This document shows, piece by piece, positions 27,723 through 36,193 of a DNA stretch of 64,000 bases. Source of the stretch: an uncultured Acetobacteraceae bacterium (GTDB lineage Bacteria; Pseudomonadota; Alphaproteobacteria; Acetobacterales; Acetobacteraceae). Within the stretch, counting starts at the first letter, position 1. Each line of letters starts with the position of its first letter. The notes beneath the pieces are model-generated. The model was not told the origin of the DNA. It worked only from the letters and a program-made list of their open reading frames with translations, and ran no database searches. The DNA lies in assembly GCA_964246185.1 (NCBI GenBank), contig CAXTPP010000001.1:28968-92967 (forward strand), in the 5' to 3' direction. The position numbers and the translations under genes are program-made.

Positions 27723-28985
27723 ATGAGTGGCAATGATGGCGTGGTGGTGATCGGCGCGGGCGTGGCCGGGCTGGCGGCGTCGGCGGCGCTGCGGCGTCGC
27801 GGCGTGACGGTGACGCTGATCGAGGCCTCGGGGCGGATCGGCGGGCGCGCCCGCACCACCGTGCCCGCGCTGCTCGAAGCGCCGTTCGACCACGGCGCGT
27901 CCTGGCTGCACGCCGCCCGCCGCAACCCGCTCGCGGCCATGGCGACCCGGCTGGACGACCGCACCATCGACAGCGATGCGGTGCGGACGGAGCGCACCCG
28001 CCTGCCCGGCCGTTTCGCCACGGCGGCCGATCTGGCCGGGTACGCGGCGGCCGAACGCGCCTTTTACGCCCGCACGGCGGCGGCGCTGCCCGGCCCCGAC
28101 GTCACGCTCGCCGACGCGCTGCGCCCGATCGACCTGCCCTGGCTGCCCACCGTGGCGAACTGGGAGGCTCCGGTCATCGCCGCCGCGAACGCCTCGGCGC
28201 TCAGCCTACGCGACTGGCGCGCCAACCGGCTGGAAGCGCCGAACTGGGAGGTCGAGGGCGGGCTCGGCGCGTGGATCGTGCGCCGGCTCGGCCCGCCCGC
28301 CGGCCCGGTGCGGCTGGGCGTCGCAGCCGATTGGGTGCGCTGGGACGGGCACGGCGTGAGCGTCGAGACCGTTGGCGGCGTCATCCATGCCGCTGCGGCT
28401 ATCGTCACGGTGTCCACGGCGGCCATTGGGCAAATCCGCTTCATCCCCGAGCTGCCGGATACGGTGGAGCAGGCGATTTATGGGCTGCCGATGGGCCTGC
28501 TGAACAAGGTGGCCCTGCGCGCCGCCGGGGCCGACCGGCTCGACCTGCCGGATTCGTGCAGCATGGACCAGTTCGTGCCGGCAATGGACGACCTCACGAT
28601 GACCATGCTCGCCTGGCCGCACGGCCGCGACCACGTGGTCTGCTTCGTCGGCGGCAACCAGGGACGCGAGCTGAAGGCCGCCGGCGGGATCGAGGCCTTC
28701 GTGCGCGGGCAGCTGCGCGCGCTGTTCGGCGCGAGGGCCGACGCCGCGTTCCGCCCGGGAGCGGTGGTGACGCGGTGGGAGAACGACCTGCACTCGCTCG
28801 GCGCTTACGCCTACGCGGAGGCAGGCTGCGCCGGCGCGCGCGCGGTGCTGGCCACGCCGCTGGCCGGTGGGCGGCTGGTGTTCGCAGGCGAGGCGACGCG
28901 CACGGACGGGCTGGCAGGCACGGTCGGCGGCGCGTTCCTGGCGGGGGAGGAAGCGGCTGCGGCTGTGATCTGTGATTCACGCTGA
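27723..28985 (+). CDS. Flavin-containing amine oxidase family oxidoreductase
   Basis: The start was re-picked at MSGNDGVVVIGAGVAGLAASAALRRRGVTVTLIEASGRIGGRA (FAD dinucleotide fold). The C-terminus ...FAGEAT... is typical. Confidence 0.82.
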   Translation: MSGNDGVVVIGAGVAGLAASAALRRRGVTVTLIEASGRIGGRARTTVPALLEAPFDHGASWLHAARRNPLAAMATRLDDRTIDSDAVRTERTRLPGRFATAADLAGYAAAERAFYARTAAALPGPDVTLADALRPIDLPWLPTVANWEAPVIAAANASALSLRDWRANRLEAPNWEVEGGLGAWIVRRLGPPAGPVRLGVAADWVRWDGHGVSVETVGGVIHAAAAIVTVSTAAIGQIRFIPELPDTVEQAIYGLPMGLLNKVALRAAGADRLDLPDSCSMDQFVPAMDDLTMTMLAWPHGRDHVVCFVGGNQGRELKAAGGIEAFVRGQLRALFGARADAAFRPGAVVTRWENDLHSLGAYAYAEAGCAGARAVLATPLAGGRLVFAGEATRTDGLAGTVGGAFLAGEEAAAAVICDSR

Positions 28986-29107
28986 GGATCAGCGCGTAGA
29001 TAGGCTGATCCGATGCGGCTGATGCGTGTCAAACGGCCCGATTTGCAAGAACGATCGTTTCCTGACGGGGTTCGGGGCAAAACCCCATTCTACTTCTCGC
29101 TGAGCTT

Positions 29108-30001
29108 TCAGCACGCGTCCTTGATGATATCGATGAATGCTCGCAGCCCAGCCGGCACATGGCGGTGGCCGGGGTAGTAGAGGAACAGCCCGGGGATCGG
29201 AGGGCGCCAATCGTCCAGCACGGTAGCGAGCGCTCCTGTCTCGACATAGGGCTGAGCTGAGTGGTCGGACACGTAGGCGATGCCTTGCCCCGCCACGGCG
29301 GCCTCGGTCATCAGCCCGAGGTGGTCCAGCGTCAGCGCGCCGGGCACGTCGATTGCCACTTCCTGGCCATGCTTGCTGAACTCCCACTGGAAGCGCTTGC
29401 CGCTGGGCAGGCGGAAGCGGATGCAGGCGTGCCGCCGCAGGTCGTCGGGCGTCCGCGGCGTGCCGTGCGCGGCGAGGTAGGCGGGGGAGGCCACCGCCAC
29501 GAAGCGGGTTTCGCCGCCGAAGCGCACGGCGACCATGTCGGACGGCACCGCCTCGCCCAGCCTGATCCCCGCATCGAATCCCTCGGCCACGACATCGACC
29601 AGCCTGCCTTCCGTCACCAGGTCGAGCGACATCTGCGGGTGGCGCGCCAGGAAGGCCGGCACGACCGAGCCCAGCAACCGCCGCGCGGCGATCTCGCTGG
29701 CGTTGATCCGCAAGGTCCCGCTCGGCTGCGCGCGGAAGGCCTCGACCTCCTGCAGCGCCAGGTCGAGATCCCGCAGCACGGGTTGCAGGCGCGCGGCCAG
29801 GCACGCTCCGGCCTCGGTCGCCGACACGCTGCGGGTGGTCCGGTGCAGCAGCCGCGCGCCGAGGTTGGCCTCCAGCGCGCGCATCATGTGGCTGAGCGTG
29901 GAGGGCGACAGGCCCAGCTCGTCGGCGGCCTTGCGAAAGCTGCGGTGCGCGGCGATGACGGCGAAGGCGGTCAGGTCGCTGAGGGCCGGCTTGCCAGTCA
30001 T
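29108..30001 (-). CDS. LysR-family transcriptional regulator
   Basis: 297 aa with an N-terminal HTH (LTAFAVIAAHRSFRKAADELGLSPSTLSHMMRALE). It is divergent from the SDR gene. Confidence 0.9.
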   Translation of the reverse strand: MTGKPALSDLTAFAVIAAHRSFRKAADELGLSPSTLSHMMRALEANLGARLLHRTTRSVSATEAGACLAARLQPVLRDLDLALQEVEAFRAQPSGTLRINASEIAARRLLGSVVPAFLARHPQMSLDLVTEGRLVDVVAEGFDAGIRLGEAVPSDMVAVRFGGETRFVAVASPAYLAAHGTPRTPDDLRRHACIRFRLPSGKRFQWEFSKHGQEVAIDVPGALTLDHLGLMTEAAVAGQGIAYVSDHSAQPYVETGALATVLDDWRPPIPGLFLYYPGHRHVPAGLRAFIDIIKDAC

Positions 30002-30018
30002 GGGTAATTCTCATCAGC

Positions 30019-30040
30019 TTATGCAAGATCGTGCGGATAA
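30019..30040. promoter_or_regulatory. Imperfect dyad TTATGCA-N6-TGCGGATAA in the LysR/SDR divergent region (possible LysR box)
   Basis: ttatgcaagatcgtgcggataa, between divergent genes 30001 and 30116. Confidence 0.25.
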
Positions 30041-30115
30041 TAACATGAATGGGGATGATTAGCTTCGTGTAGATGGCGCGGCGCAATCCTGCGACACCCA
30101 GCGCGAGGTTCCGCT

Positions 30116-30946
30116 ATGGCGAAGACATGGTTCATCACCGGCGCATCCGCCGGCTTGGGACGGGCGATGACGGAGAACCTGCTGGCGCGCGGCGACCGCG
30201 TGGCCGCGACGGTGCGCAAGGCAGGCGTGCTCGACGGCTTGCAGGCGCGCCATGGCAGCCGCCTCTGGGTGGCTTCGCTGGACGTGACGGACACGCGGGC
30301 GGTGCGGGAGGTGCTCGATCGCGCCTTCAATGACCTGGGCCGGATCGATGTCGTGGTGAACAACGCGGCCTATGGCCTGTTCGGCGCGGCCGAAGAGGTG
30401 AGCGACGAGCAGATCCGGCATCAGATCGACACCAACCTCATCGGCTCGATCCAGGTGATCCGCGCCGCCCTGCCGCACCTGCGGGCGCAAGGCGGCGGCC
30501 GGGTGCTGCAGCTGTCGTCGGAGGGCGGGCAGATCGCCTACCCGAACTTCAGCCTGTACCACGCTGCCAAATGGGGGATCGAAGGCTTCGTCGAGGCGGT
30601 CGCCCAGGAGGTGGCGCCGTTCGGCATCGAGTTCACGATCGTTGAGCCAGGCCCCACCCGGACGAACTTCGGCGCTGGCCTGGCCAGCCCGCCTCCGATG
30701 TCGGCCTATGAGGATACTCCAGTGGGCGACATGCGCCGCGCCGTGATGGCCGGAGCGTTCCCGATCACCGGCGACCCGGCGAAGACGGTGCAGGCCATGA
30801 TCGACTCCGTGGACCGCAGCCCGGCGCCCCTGCGGCTCACCCTCGGCAGCGGCGCCTACGACAGGGTCCACAACGCCCTGACCGGCCGCGTCGCCGCCCT
30901 CGAAGCCCAGGTTGGTATCGCGCGCTCGATCGAGATCGACGCATGA
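30116..30946 (+). CDS. SDR-family oxidoreductase
   Basis: 276 aa: MAKTWFITGASAGLGRAM (TGxxxGxG) ...NNAAYG...YHAAKWG (YxxxK). Confidence 0.9.
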   Translation: MAKTWFITGASAGLGRAMTENLLARGDRVAATVRKAGVLDGLQARHGSRLWVASLDVTDTRAVREVLDRAFNDLGRIDVVVNNAAYGLFGAAEEVSDEQIRHQIDTNLIGSIQVIRAALPHLRAQGGGRVLQLSSEGGQIAYPNFSLYHAAKWGIEGFVEAVAQEVAPFGIEFTIVEPGPTRTNFGAGLASPPPMSAYEDTPVGDMRRAVMAGAFPITGDPAKTVQAMIDSVDRSPAPLRLTLGSGAYDRVHNALTGRVAALEAQVGIARSIEIDA

Positions 30947-31076
30947 AGGCCTGTTCGCCGCGGCCGGGGGAACAGCCGATGCCGTATTCCCGCGGGATAG
31001 CGGCACAGGAGCAAACGTGCCCATTGGGTACGCCCCCGGTCATGTCGTAAGGTGCATGGTCTCAGGAGAACAAACC

Positions 31077-33152
31077 ATGACCTTTCGCAGGCTGCCCGCC
31101 GCAGCCGCCTTCCTGCTGGTTGCCTCGCCAGCACTTTCCCCAGCATGGGCGCAATTGGGGCCTGTGCCGCTCGGCAGCCTAAGCGTGCAGCCCAACGGCG
31201 CCACCGTGGCGCGCCCGCTGACGGGCAAGCTGTCCGACCAGCTTTCCGTGCTCGACTTCGGCGCCGCGTGCGACGGCGTGACCGACGACAGCGCCGCCGT
31301 GGCCGCCGCCGCCGCCAGCGGCCGGCACGTCGCCATCCCGGACGGCCGGGCCTGCAATGCGCCCGCCGCCGCCCAGCCCCTGACGCCCTTCGGCACCTTC
31401 ACCGGACCCGGCAAGGTCGTGGACTCGTCCGGCACGCCCCGCGGGCCGAAGGCATCGGGCGTAACCGTCAACCCGAACCCGGGCAGCTGGAACGCCGCCG
31501 CCAGCCAGAACGACAGCTGCACCGCCAGCTTCCAGTGCTGGGGCAAGTGGGATTACGGCCACGTGTTCGACGCCGAGGAGTTCTTCGTCGCCGACACCAA
31601 CGGCGGCCACACGCTGGGCCAGCCGGCGCACGGCTACCAGTACATGCCCGGCGCCATCCCGCACCAGGCGTTCTTCACCAACAGCAGCGGCTGGAACCAA
31701 TCGACGAGCGCCAATGACGGCCGCACCGGCGCCGTCTACAGCCGTATCGTGGCGCAGCAGAACGGCCAGGGCGACATGATCCTGAACGAGGGCGAGCTGC
31801 TGTGCACGGGCGTGCCCACCGGCGCCGGCGGGGCGGCCACCACCGACTGGCTGGCCAATCCCGGCTGCTCCTGGGAGGCCGGCGACATCACGGCGCTGGC
31901 CCCCAACCAATACTTGCAGCACAGCGAGTGGCATCTCGGCGACGGCGGCAACGACGTGGCGGCGGTCGGCCGCACCATGGGCTACTCGCGCAGCATGAGC
32001 TTCGCTGCCCTCGGCACCTTCCAGGGCTCCACCACGGCGGGTTCCACCTTCATCAGAGTGCCGAACGGCACGCTGGCCAAGCTGGCCGTCGGGCAGGTCG
32101 TGGCCGGCGCGGGCATCCCGGCGGGCGCGGCGATCACGTCGCTGAACAGCCAGTACAACGTCGTCATCCTCACGGCGGCAGCGACCGCCACGGCGTCCAA
32201 CATGCAATTCAACGTGCTGTTCACCGGCAGCACCACCGCCGGGTCCACGAGCTTGGCCGCTTCCAGCACGACGGGGCTGGCCGCCGGGCAGACGATCGCC
32301 GGGCCAGGCATCCCGGCGGGCACCACCGTAACGGCCATTGGCGGCACGACGCTGACGCTCAGCAACGCCGCCACTGCGACCGCCAGCAATGCGGCGTTCT
32401 CGTTCAGCCAGGACGAGAACAACCACTGGGTCAACGACTTCATCACCTGCAACGGCTCCGTTCCATGCGACGCCGCCTACGAGGTGATGGGCAAGTGGCG
32501 CATCGGCCTGGACTTCACCGAGATCGCCACCACGATCGACGCGGCGGTGGCGATGCAGGCGGGGCAGAAGGTCTACCTCAACGGCCACTGGGGCGACGGC
32601 GAGGGCAACCCGGGCAAGACCCATCTGGGCACCGACTGGCTGACCTACGACGCGGGCAGCAGCACCATCCAGATGGCCGACCGCGGCAGCCCGGTGCTGG
32701 AGTTGAGCAACCCGCCCAACGCGGCCGACTTCCTGGAGATCACGGGCGCTCCCGCCGGCGGCTACATCGCCCTGAACTCGGTGGGCTCCGACAGCGCCAT
32801 CGGCCTGCTCATGCAGGACAAGGGCGGCAGCGGCCTGATCGGCATCTCCAACGGCGCGCTGGTGACCAAGCAGGTGGCGCCGGGCAACGCCAGCGGATAC
32901 CTGCAGCTCAGTCCCGGCACGGCGGGCCAGCCATACAGCATGCAGGTGCTGAACGGCACCGCCACCGACCTGAACCTGGCGGGCGCCAGCGGCGGCGCGG
33001 TGCATCCGCAGGGCGTCTTCCGCATCGACATGGCCACGCCTGCCAGCAGCACCGCCCCCTGCGCGGCCGGCCAGACGACGTTCGACGCGAACTACCAGTA
33101 TGACTGCGTGGCGGCCAACACCTGGAAGCGCGCCGCACTGTCCAGCTGGTGA
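31077..33152 (+). CDS. Secreted right-handed beta-helix / pectate-lyase-superfamily (tailspike-like) protein with two internal ~65-aa repeats
   Basis: The RBS aggaga lies 7 nt before the ATG, and the signal peptide is MTFRRLPAAAAFLLVASPALSPAWAQ. LSVLDFGAACDGVTDDSAAVAAAAASGRHVAIPDG is the hallmark N-terminal motif of this superfamily. Tandem repeats lie at nt 32019-32219 and 32220-32409. Confidence 0.7.
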   Translation: MTFRRLPAAAAFLLVASPALSPAWAQLGPVPLGSLSVQPNGATVARPLTGKLSDQLSVLDFGAACDGVTDDSAAVAAAAASGRHVAIPDGRACNAPAAAQPLTPFGTFTGPGKVVDSSGTPRGPKASGVTVNPNPGSWNAAASQNDSCTASFQCWGKWDYGHVFDAEEFFVADTNGGHTLGQPAHGYQYMPGAIPHQAFFTNSSGWNQSTSANDGRTGAVYSRIVAQQNGQGDMILNEGELLCTGVPTGAGGAATTDWLANPGCSWEAGDITALAPNQYLQHSEWHLGDGGNDVAAVGRTMGYSRSMSFAALGTFQGSTTAGSTFIRVPNGTLAKLAVGQVVAGAGIPAGAAITSLNSQYNVVILTAAATATASNMQFNVLFTGSTTAGSTSLAASSTTGLAAGQTIAGPGIPAGTTVTAIGGTTLTLSNAATATASNAAFSFSQDENNHWVNDFITCNGSVPCDAAYEVMGKWRIGLDFTEIATTIDAAVAMQAGQKVYLNGHWGDGEGNPGKTHLGTDWLTYDAGSSTIQMADRGSPVLELSNPPNAADFLEITGAPAGGYIALNSVGSDSAIGLLMQDKGGSGLIGISNGALVTKQVAPGNASGYLQLSPGTAGQPYSMQVLNGTATDLNLAGASGGAVHPQGVFRIDMATPASSTAPCAAGQTTFDANYQYDCVAANTWKRAALSSW

Positions 33153-33205
33153 GTCAGGCCGCAGGTTGCGCCGGTTGCAGAAGGCAGAGCCTCGTTTTGC
33201 CTCCT

Positions 33206-34597
33206 TCAGATGTGCAGCGCGCGGCCCGCGACGGCCAATGCCGCCTCCTTGACGGCTTCGTTCAGGCTTGGATGGGCGTGGCAGGTGCGTGCCACGTCCT
33301 CGCTGCTGGCGCCGAACTCCATCGCGGTGGCAATCTCGGCGATCAGCGTGCCGGCGTCGGGGCCGATGATGTGCGCGCCCAGGATCTCGTCGGTCGCCTT
33401 GTCCGCCAGAATCTTGACGAAGCCGTCCGTGGCACCCATCGCCCGGGCACGCCCGTTGGCGGTGAACGGGAACCGCCCGGCATTGTAGGCCCGGCCCTCA
33501 GCCTTCAGCATCTCCTCCGTCGCGCCGATGGAAGCCACCTCCGGCCAGGTGTAGACCACGCCCGGGATGACCGCGTAGTTCACGTGGCCCGCCTGCCCGG
33601 CCAGGATTTCGGCCATGGCGACGCCCTCCTCCTCCGCCTTGTGCGCCAACATCGGCCCAGTGACGATGTCGCCGATCGCGCAGATGCCCGGTACGTTGGT
33701 GGCGAAACGGGCGTCGATCTTGACCCGCTTGCGCTCGTCCAGCGCGACGCCGGCCGCTTCCAGGCCGAGCCCCTGGTAGAACGGCCGCCGCCCGATCGCC
33801 ACCAGCACGATGTCCGCGTCCAGCGTCTGCGTCTCGCCGCCATCGGCCGGCTCCAGCGTCAGGCGCTGGCCGGTCGCGGTCTTCTCAGCTCCCGTGACCT
33901 TGGTCTTGAGGCGGAACTTGATGCCCTGCTTGCCCAGCACCCGCTCGAACGTCTTGCCGATCTCGCCGTCCATGCCGGGCACCAGCCGGTCGAGGTATTC
34001 GACGACGGTGACCTCCGCGCCGAGCCGTCGCCATACGCTGCCCAGCTCCAGCCCGATGTAGCCGCCGCCGACCACCACGAGATGGCCGGGAACCTTGTCC
34101 AGCTCGAGCGCGCCGGTGGAGGAGACGATGGTCTTCTCGTCCACCTCGACGCCGGGCAGCGGGATGCTCTCGCTGCCGGTCGCGATGACGATCGCCTTGG
34201 TCTCGTAGTCGGTCCCATCGACCGTGACCCGGCCCGGGCCGGCGATGCTGCCCTCGCCCTTGAGCCAGGTGACCTTGTTCTTCTTGAACAGGAACTCGAC
34301 GCCCTTGACGTTGGCGGCGACGACCTCGTCCTTGCGCGCCTGCATCCGCGCCAAGTCGAGCCGCACGCTGTCGATGATGACCCCGTGGTCCTTGAAGCTG
34401 TGGCCTGCCTCCTCGAAGTTCTCCGAGGATTGCAGCAGCGCCTTGGACGGGATGCAGCCGATGTTCAGGCACGTCCCGCCGAGCGTCGCCCGCTTCTCGA
34501 CGCAGGCGGTGCGCAGCCCGAGCTGGGCGGCGCGCAGGGCGCACACGTAGCCGCCCGGCCCAGCGCCGATGATGATGACGTCGAAGGATGCGCTCAT
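33206..34597 (-). CDS. lpdA: Dihydrolipoyl dehydrogenase (E3), second, stand-alone copy
   Basis: The start was re-picked at MSASFDVIIIGAGPGGYVCALRAAQLG...GGTCLNIGCIPSKALL. 463 aa. No E1/E2 genes are adjacent. Confidence 0.92.
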   Translation of the reverse strand: MSASFDVIIIGAGPGGYVCALRAAQLGLRTACVEKRATLGGTCLNIGCIPSKALLQSSENFEEAGHSFKDHGVIIDSVRLDLARMQARKDEVVAANVKGVEFLFKKNKVTWLKGEGSIAGPGRVTVDGTDYETKAIVIATGSESIPLPGVEVDEKTIVSSTGALELDKVPGHLVVVGGGYIGLELGSVWRRLGAEVTVVEYLDRLVPGMDGEIGKTFERVLGKQGIKFRLKTKVTGAEKTATGQRLTLEPADGGETQTLDADIVLVAIGRRPFYQGLGLEAAGVALDERKRVKIDARFATNVPGICAIGDIVTGPMLAHKAEEEGVAMAEILAGQAGHVNYAVIPGVVYTWPEVASIGATEEMLKAEGRAYNAGRFPFTANGRARAMGATDGFVKILADKATDEILGAHIIGPDAGTLIAEIATAMEFGASSEDVARTCHAHPSLNEAVKEAALAVAGRALHI

Positions 34598-34946
34598 GAT
34601 GTCTCCAGCGTCCACCGCGGCGGACGCACCAAAATCAAGGCTTTTAGATGGTCATTGACCCGGCGAAAGTCGATGGCTGGCGGGGCGCCAAGCATTCCAA
34701 TCGCCAGCTTCGCAGGGCTCTGCCCTATGCCCGCAGCGGGAAAGCCGTCCCCTTCGCATCTTTCCGGCTGCCATTTTGCTGGTCAGGTACGGGGAAAAGC
34801 CAGTTTTCCCTCACGGATGCCGGGATTCCTGCTCACCGACCGAACACCAGGCGGCTTGCCGTCTCGGCGGCTGCCATGGCTTCTATGCGCGCCTGGTTTT
34901 CCGCCGCAAAAGCATGCAGCGCAGCCTTGCAGAGCTATGCATGCAT

Positions 34947-35066
34947 CTAGTCAGTGGTCAGCTCTCTCAGCAGGGTCGCTGGCATCAGGTTGAGCAGCGG
35001 CGGGTCCGGGTTCTTCAGGGGCGGAAGGGCTGCCGTATTGAACGGAACCAAGTGGCGACGCTCCAT
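34947..35066 (-). CDS. Hypothetical 39-aa ORF abutting the IS3 relic (possibly the tail of an interrupted gene)
   Basis: The RBS ggagag lies 8 nt upstream. Sequence: MERRHLVPFNTAALPPLKNPDPPLLNLMPATLLRELTTD. It starts 20 nt outside the inferred IS3 end. Confidence 0.15.
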   Translation of the reverse strand: MERRHLVPFNTAALPPLKNPDPPLLNLMPATLLRELTTD

Positions 35067-35085
35067 CTTGGCACCCTCTCCGGAA

Positions 35086-36113
35086 TGAAGCTGCCCTGTT
35101 TTTGTGTGGTGTTTGGGGTTTGGTTTAGGACGGTTCTGCGATGGCGCCCCCTTGTTGCTGCCTCGCAGGCCACGGGTGAGCGCTATCCCGGCGCCGAGTG
35201 CAGCCGGACGGGGTTGCACCAGCCCTCGATGAAGCTGAGGCAGGCCATCTTGGCTTCGGCCTGGCAGGCAAAGCGACGCCGCTTCAGCCGCTCGCCTTCG
35301 AGGGCCGCCAGAAAGCTCTCGCACATGGCGTCGTCGCAGGCGCCGCCGACCGAGCGCATTGACGCCCGCCTGCCCGCCCGCCTCGCGGCAGCGATCGCCG
35401 AACGCCAGGGACGTGCGTTGGCTGCCCTGGTGGCTGTGATGGATGACGTCGTCCGGCCGGCGTTGGCCGGTCGCCATCTCCAGCGCATCGACCACCGACT
35501 CTGCGCGCAAATGGTTGGCCATCGACCAGCCGACGATCTTGCCGCTCCAGGCATCCAGCACGACCGCCAAATGGAGAGACCCGCTCGCCGCCGGCACGAC
35601 GGCAATGCCGGCTGCCCACGGCTGGTTCGGCTTGTCGCTTGCAAACTTGCCATCCGCCAGGTCCGGCGCCGGCCGCGCTTCGCGGTCCCGACGCATGGTG
35701 GCGGTCCCAGCCCGGCGGCGGCTTGCGCCAGGCGTGACAGCCGGCCTCCGACACGCCGAGCGCGCGGGCCATTGCGGCAACCGGCAAGGTCGCCTGGTTC
35801 GCACCCATGAACTCGAAGACCCGGACGGCGCAGGCGGCCCATCTCGTCACGCCCGTGGCCGGCAAGCCTCGCCTTCCCCTCCCAGCCGCCATCCTGGCGC
35901 ATGGCCAAGGCCACCCAGGCGCGAGTGGACTGCACAGACGCCTCGAACTCCCGGGCCAAGTCCGCGGGATCCGGCCGGCATGGACCAGCTCAACCATCTG
36001 CCGACAAACTTCAGGCGAATACAGACTTCAGGCGAGTAAGGAGCCCAGGCACGACGCATTCAGGAGACACCCAGCAAAAACTAGAAAAACTCCACCAAAC
36101 CGGGTCAACCTCA
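35086..36113 (-). mobile_element. IS3-family element relic (~1 kb, internally deleted) with imperfect TGA... terminal inverted repeats
   Basis: Ends: TGAAGCTGCCCTGTTTTTGTGTGG (35086->) versus the reverse complement of 36113<- TGAGGTTGACCCGGTTTGGTGGAG. OrfA/OrfB motifs lie inside. Confidence 0.7.
35183..36059 (-). pseudogene. IS3-family transposase orfAB, degraded
   Basis: Pieces lie in three frames: YSPEV.., QMVELVHAGRIP, LAREFEASVQSTRAWV, VRVFEFMGANQATLPVAAMARALGVSEAGCHAWRK, APDLADGKFASDKPNQPW...LAVVLDAWSGKIVGWSMANHLRAESVVDALEMA...VIHHSHQGSQ, and CDDAMCESFLAALEGERLKRRRF...FIEGWCNPVRLHSA. A 17-nt tandem duplication lies at 36004-36037. The DDE motif HSDQGSQ reads HSHQGSQ. Confidence 0.7.
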
Positions 36114-36193
36114 GTGTTCTCCTGCCCCGCGCTGGCCGCGGGCGTTGATGCGCAGGCTCAAGGCGTCTGTCGCCGCCCCGGCGGTGGCAGGCA

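Noticed and set aside
28986-29011. GGATCAGC-N10-GCTGATCC hairpin after the amine oxidase gene as a rho-independent terminator
   Set aside because: It is a perfect 8-bp stem but has no following U-tract on either strand. It may still be a terminator in this GC-rich organism, but the evidence is too weak to annotate.
31179-33005. 608-aa minus-strand ORF opposite the tailspike-like gene
   Set aside because: It is antisense and low-complexity. The plus-strand frame has a signal peptide, an RBS and family motifs.
34598-35085. Possible sucB (E2o) remnant upstream of the second lpdA
   Set aside because: I translated all three minus-strand frames by eye. Only very short ORFs appear, and none resembles the conserved E2 catalytic C-terminus (…DHRxxDG…).
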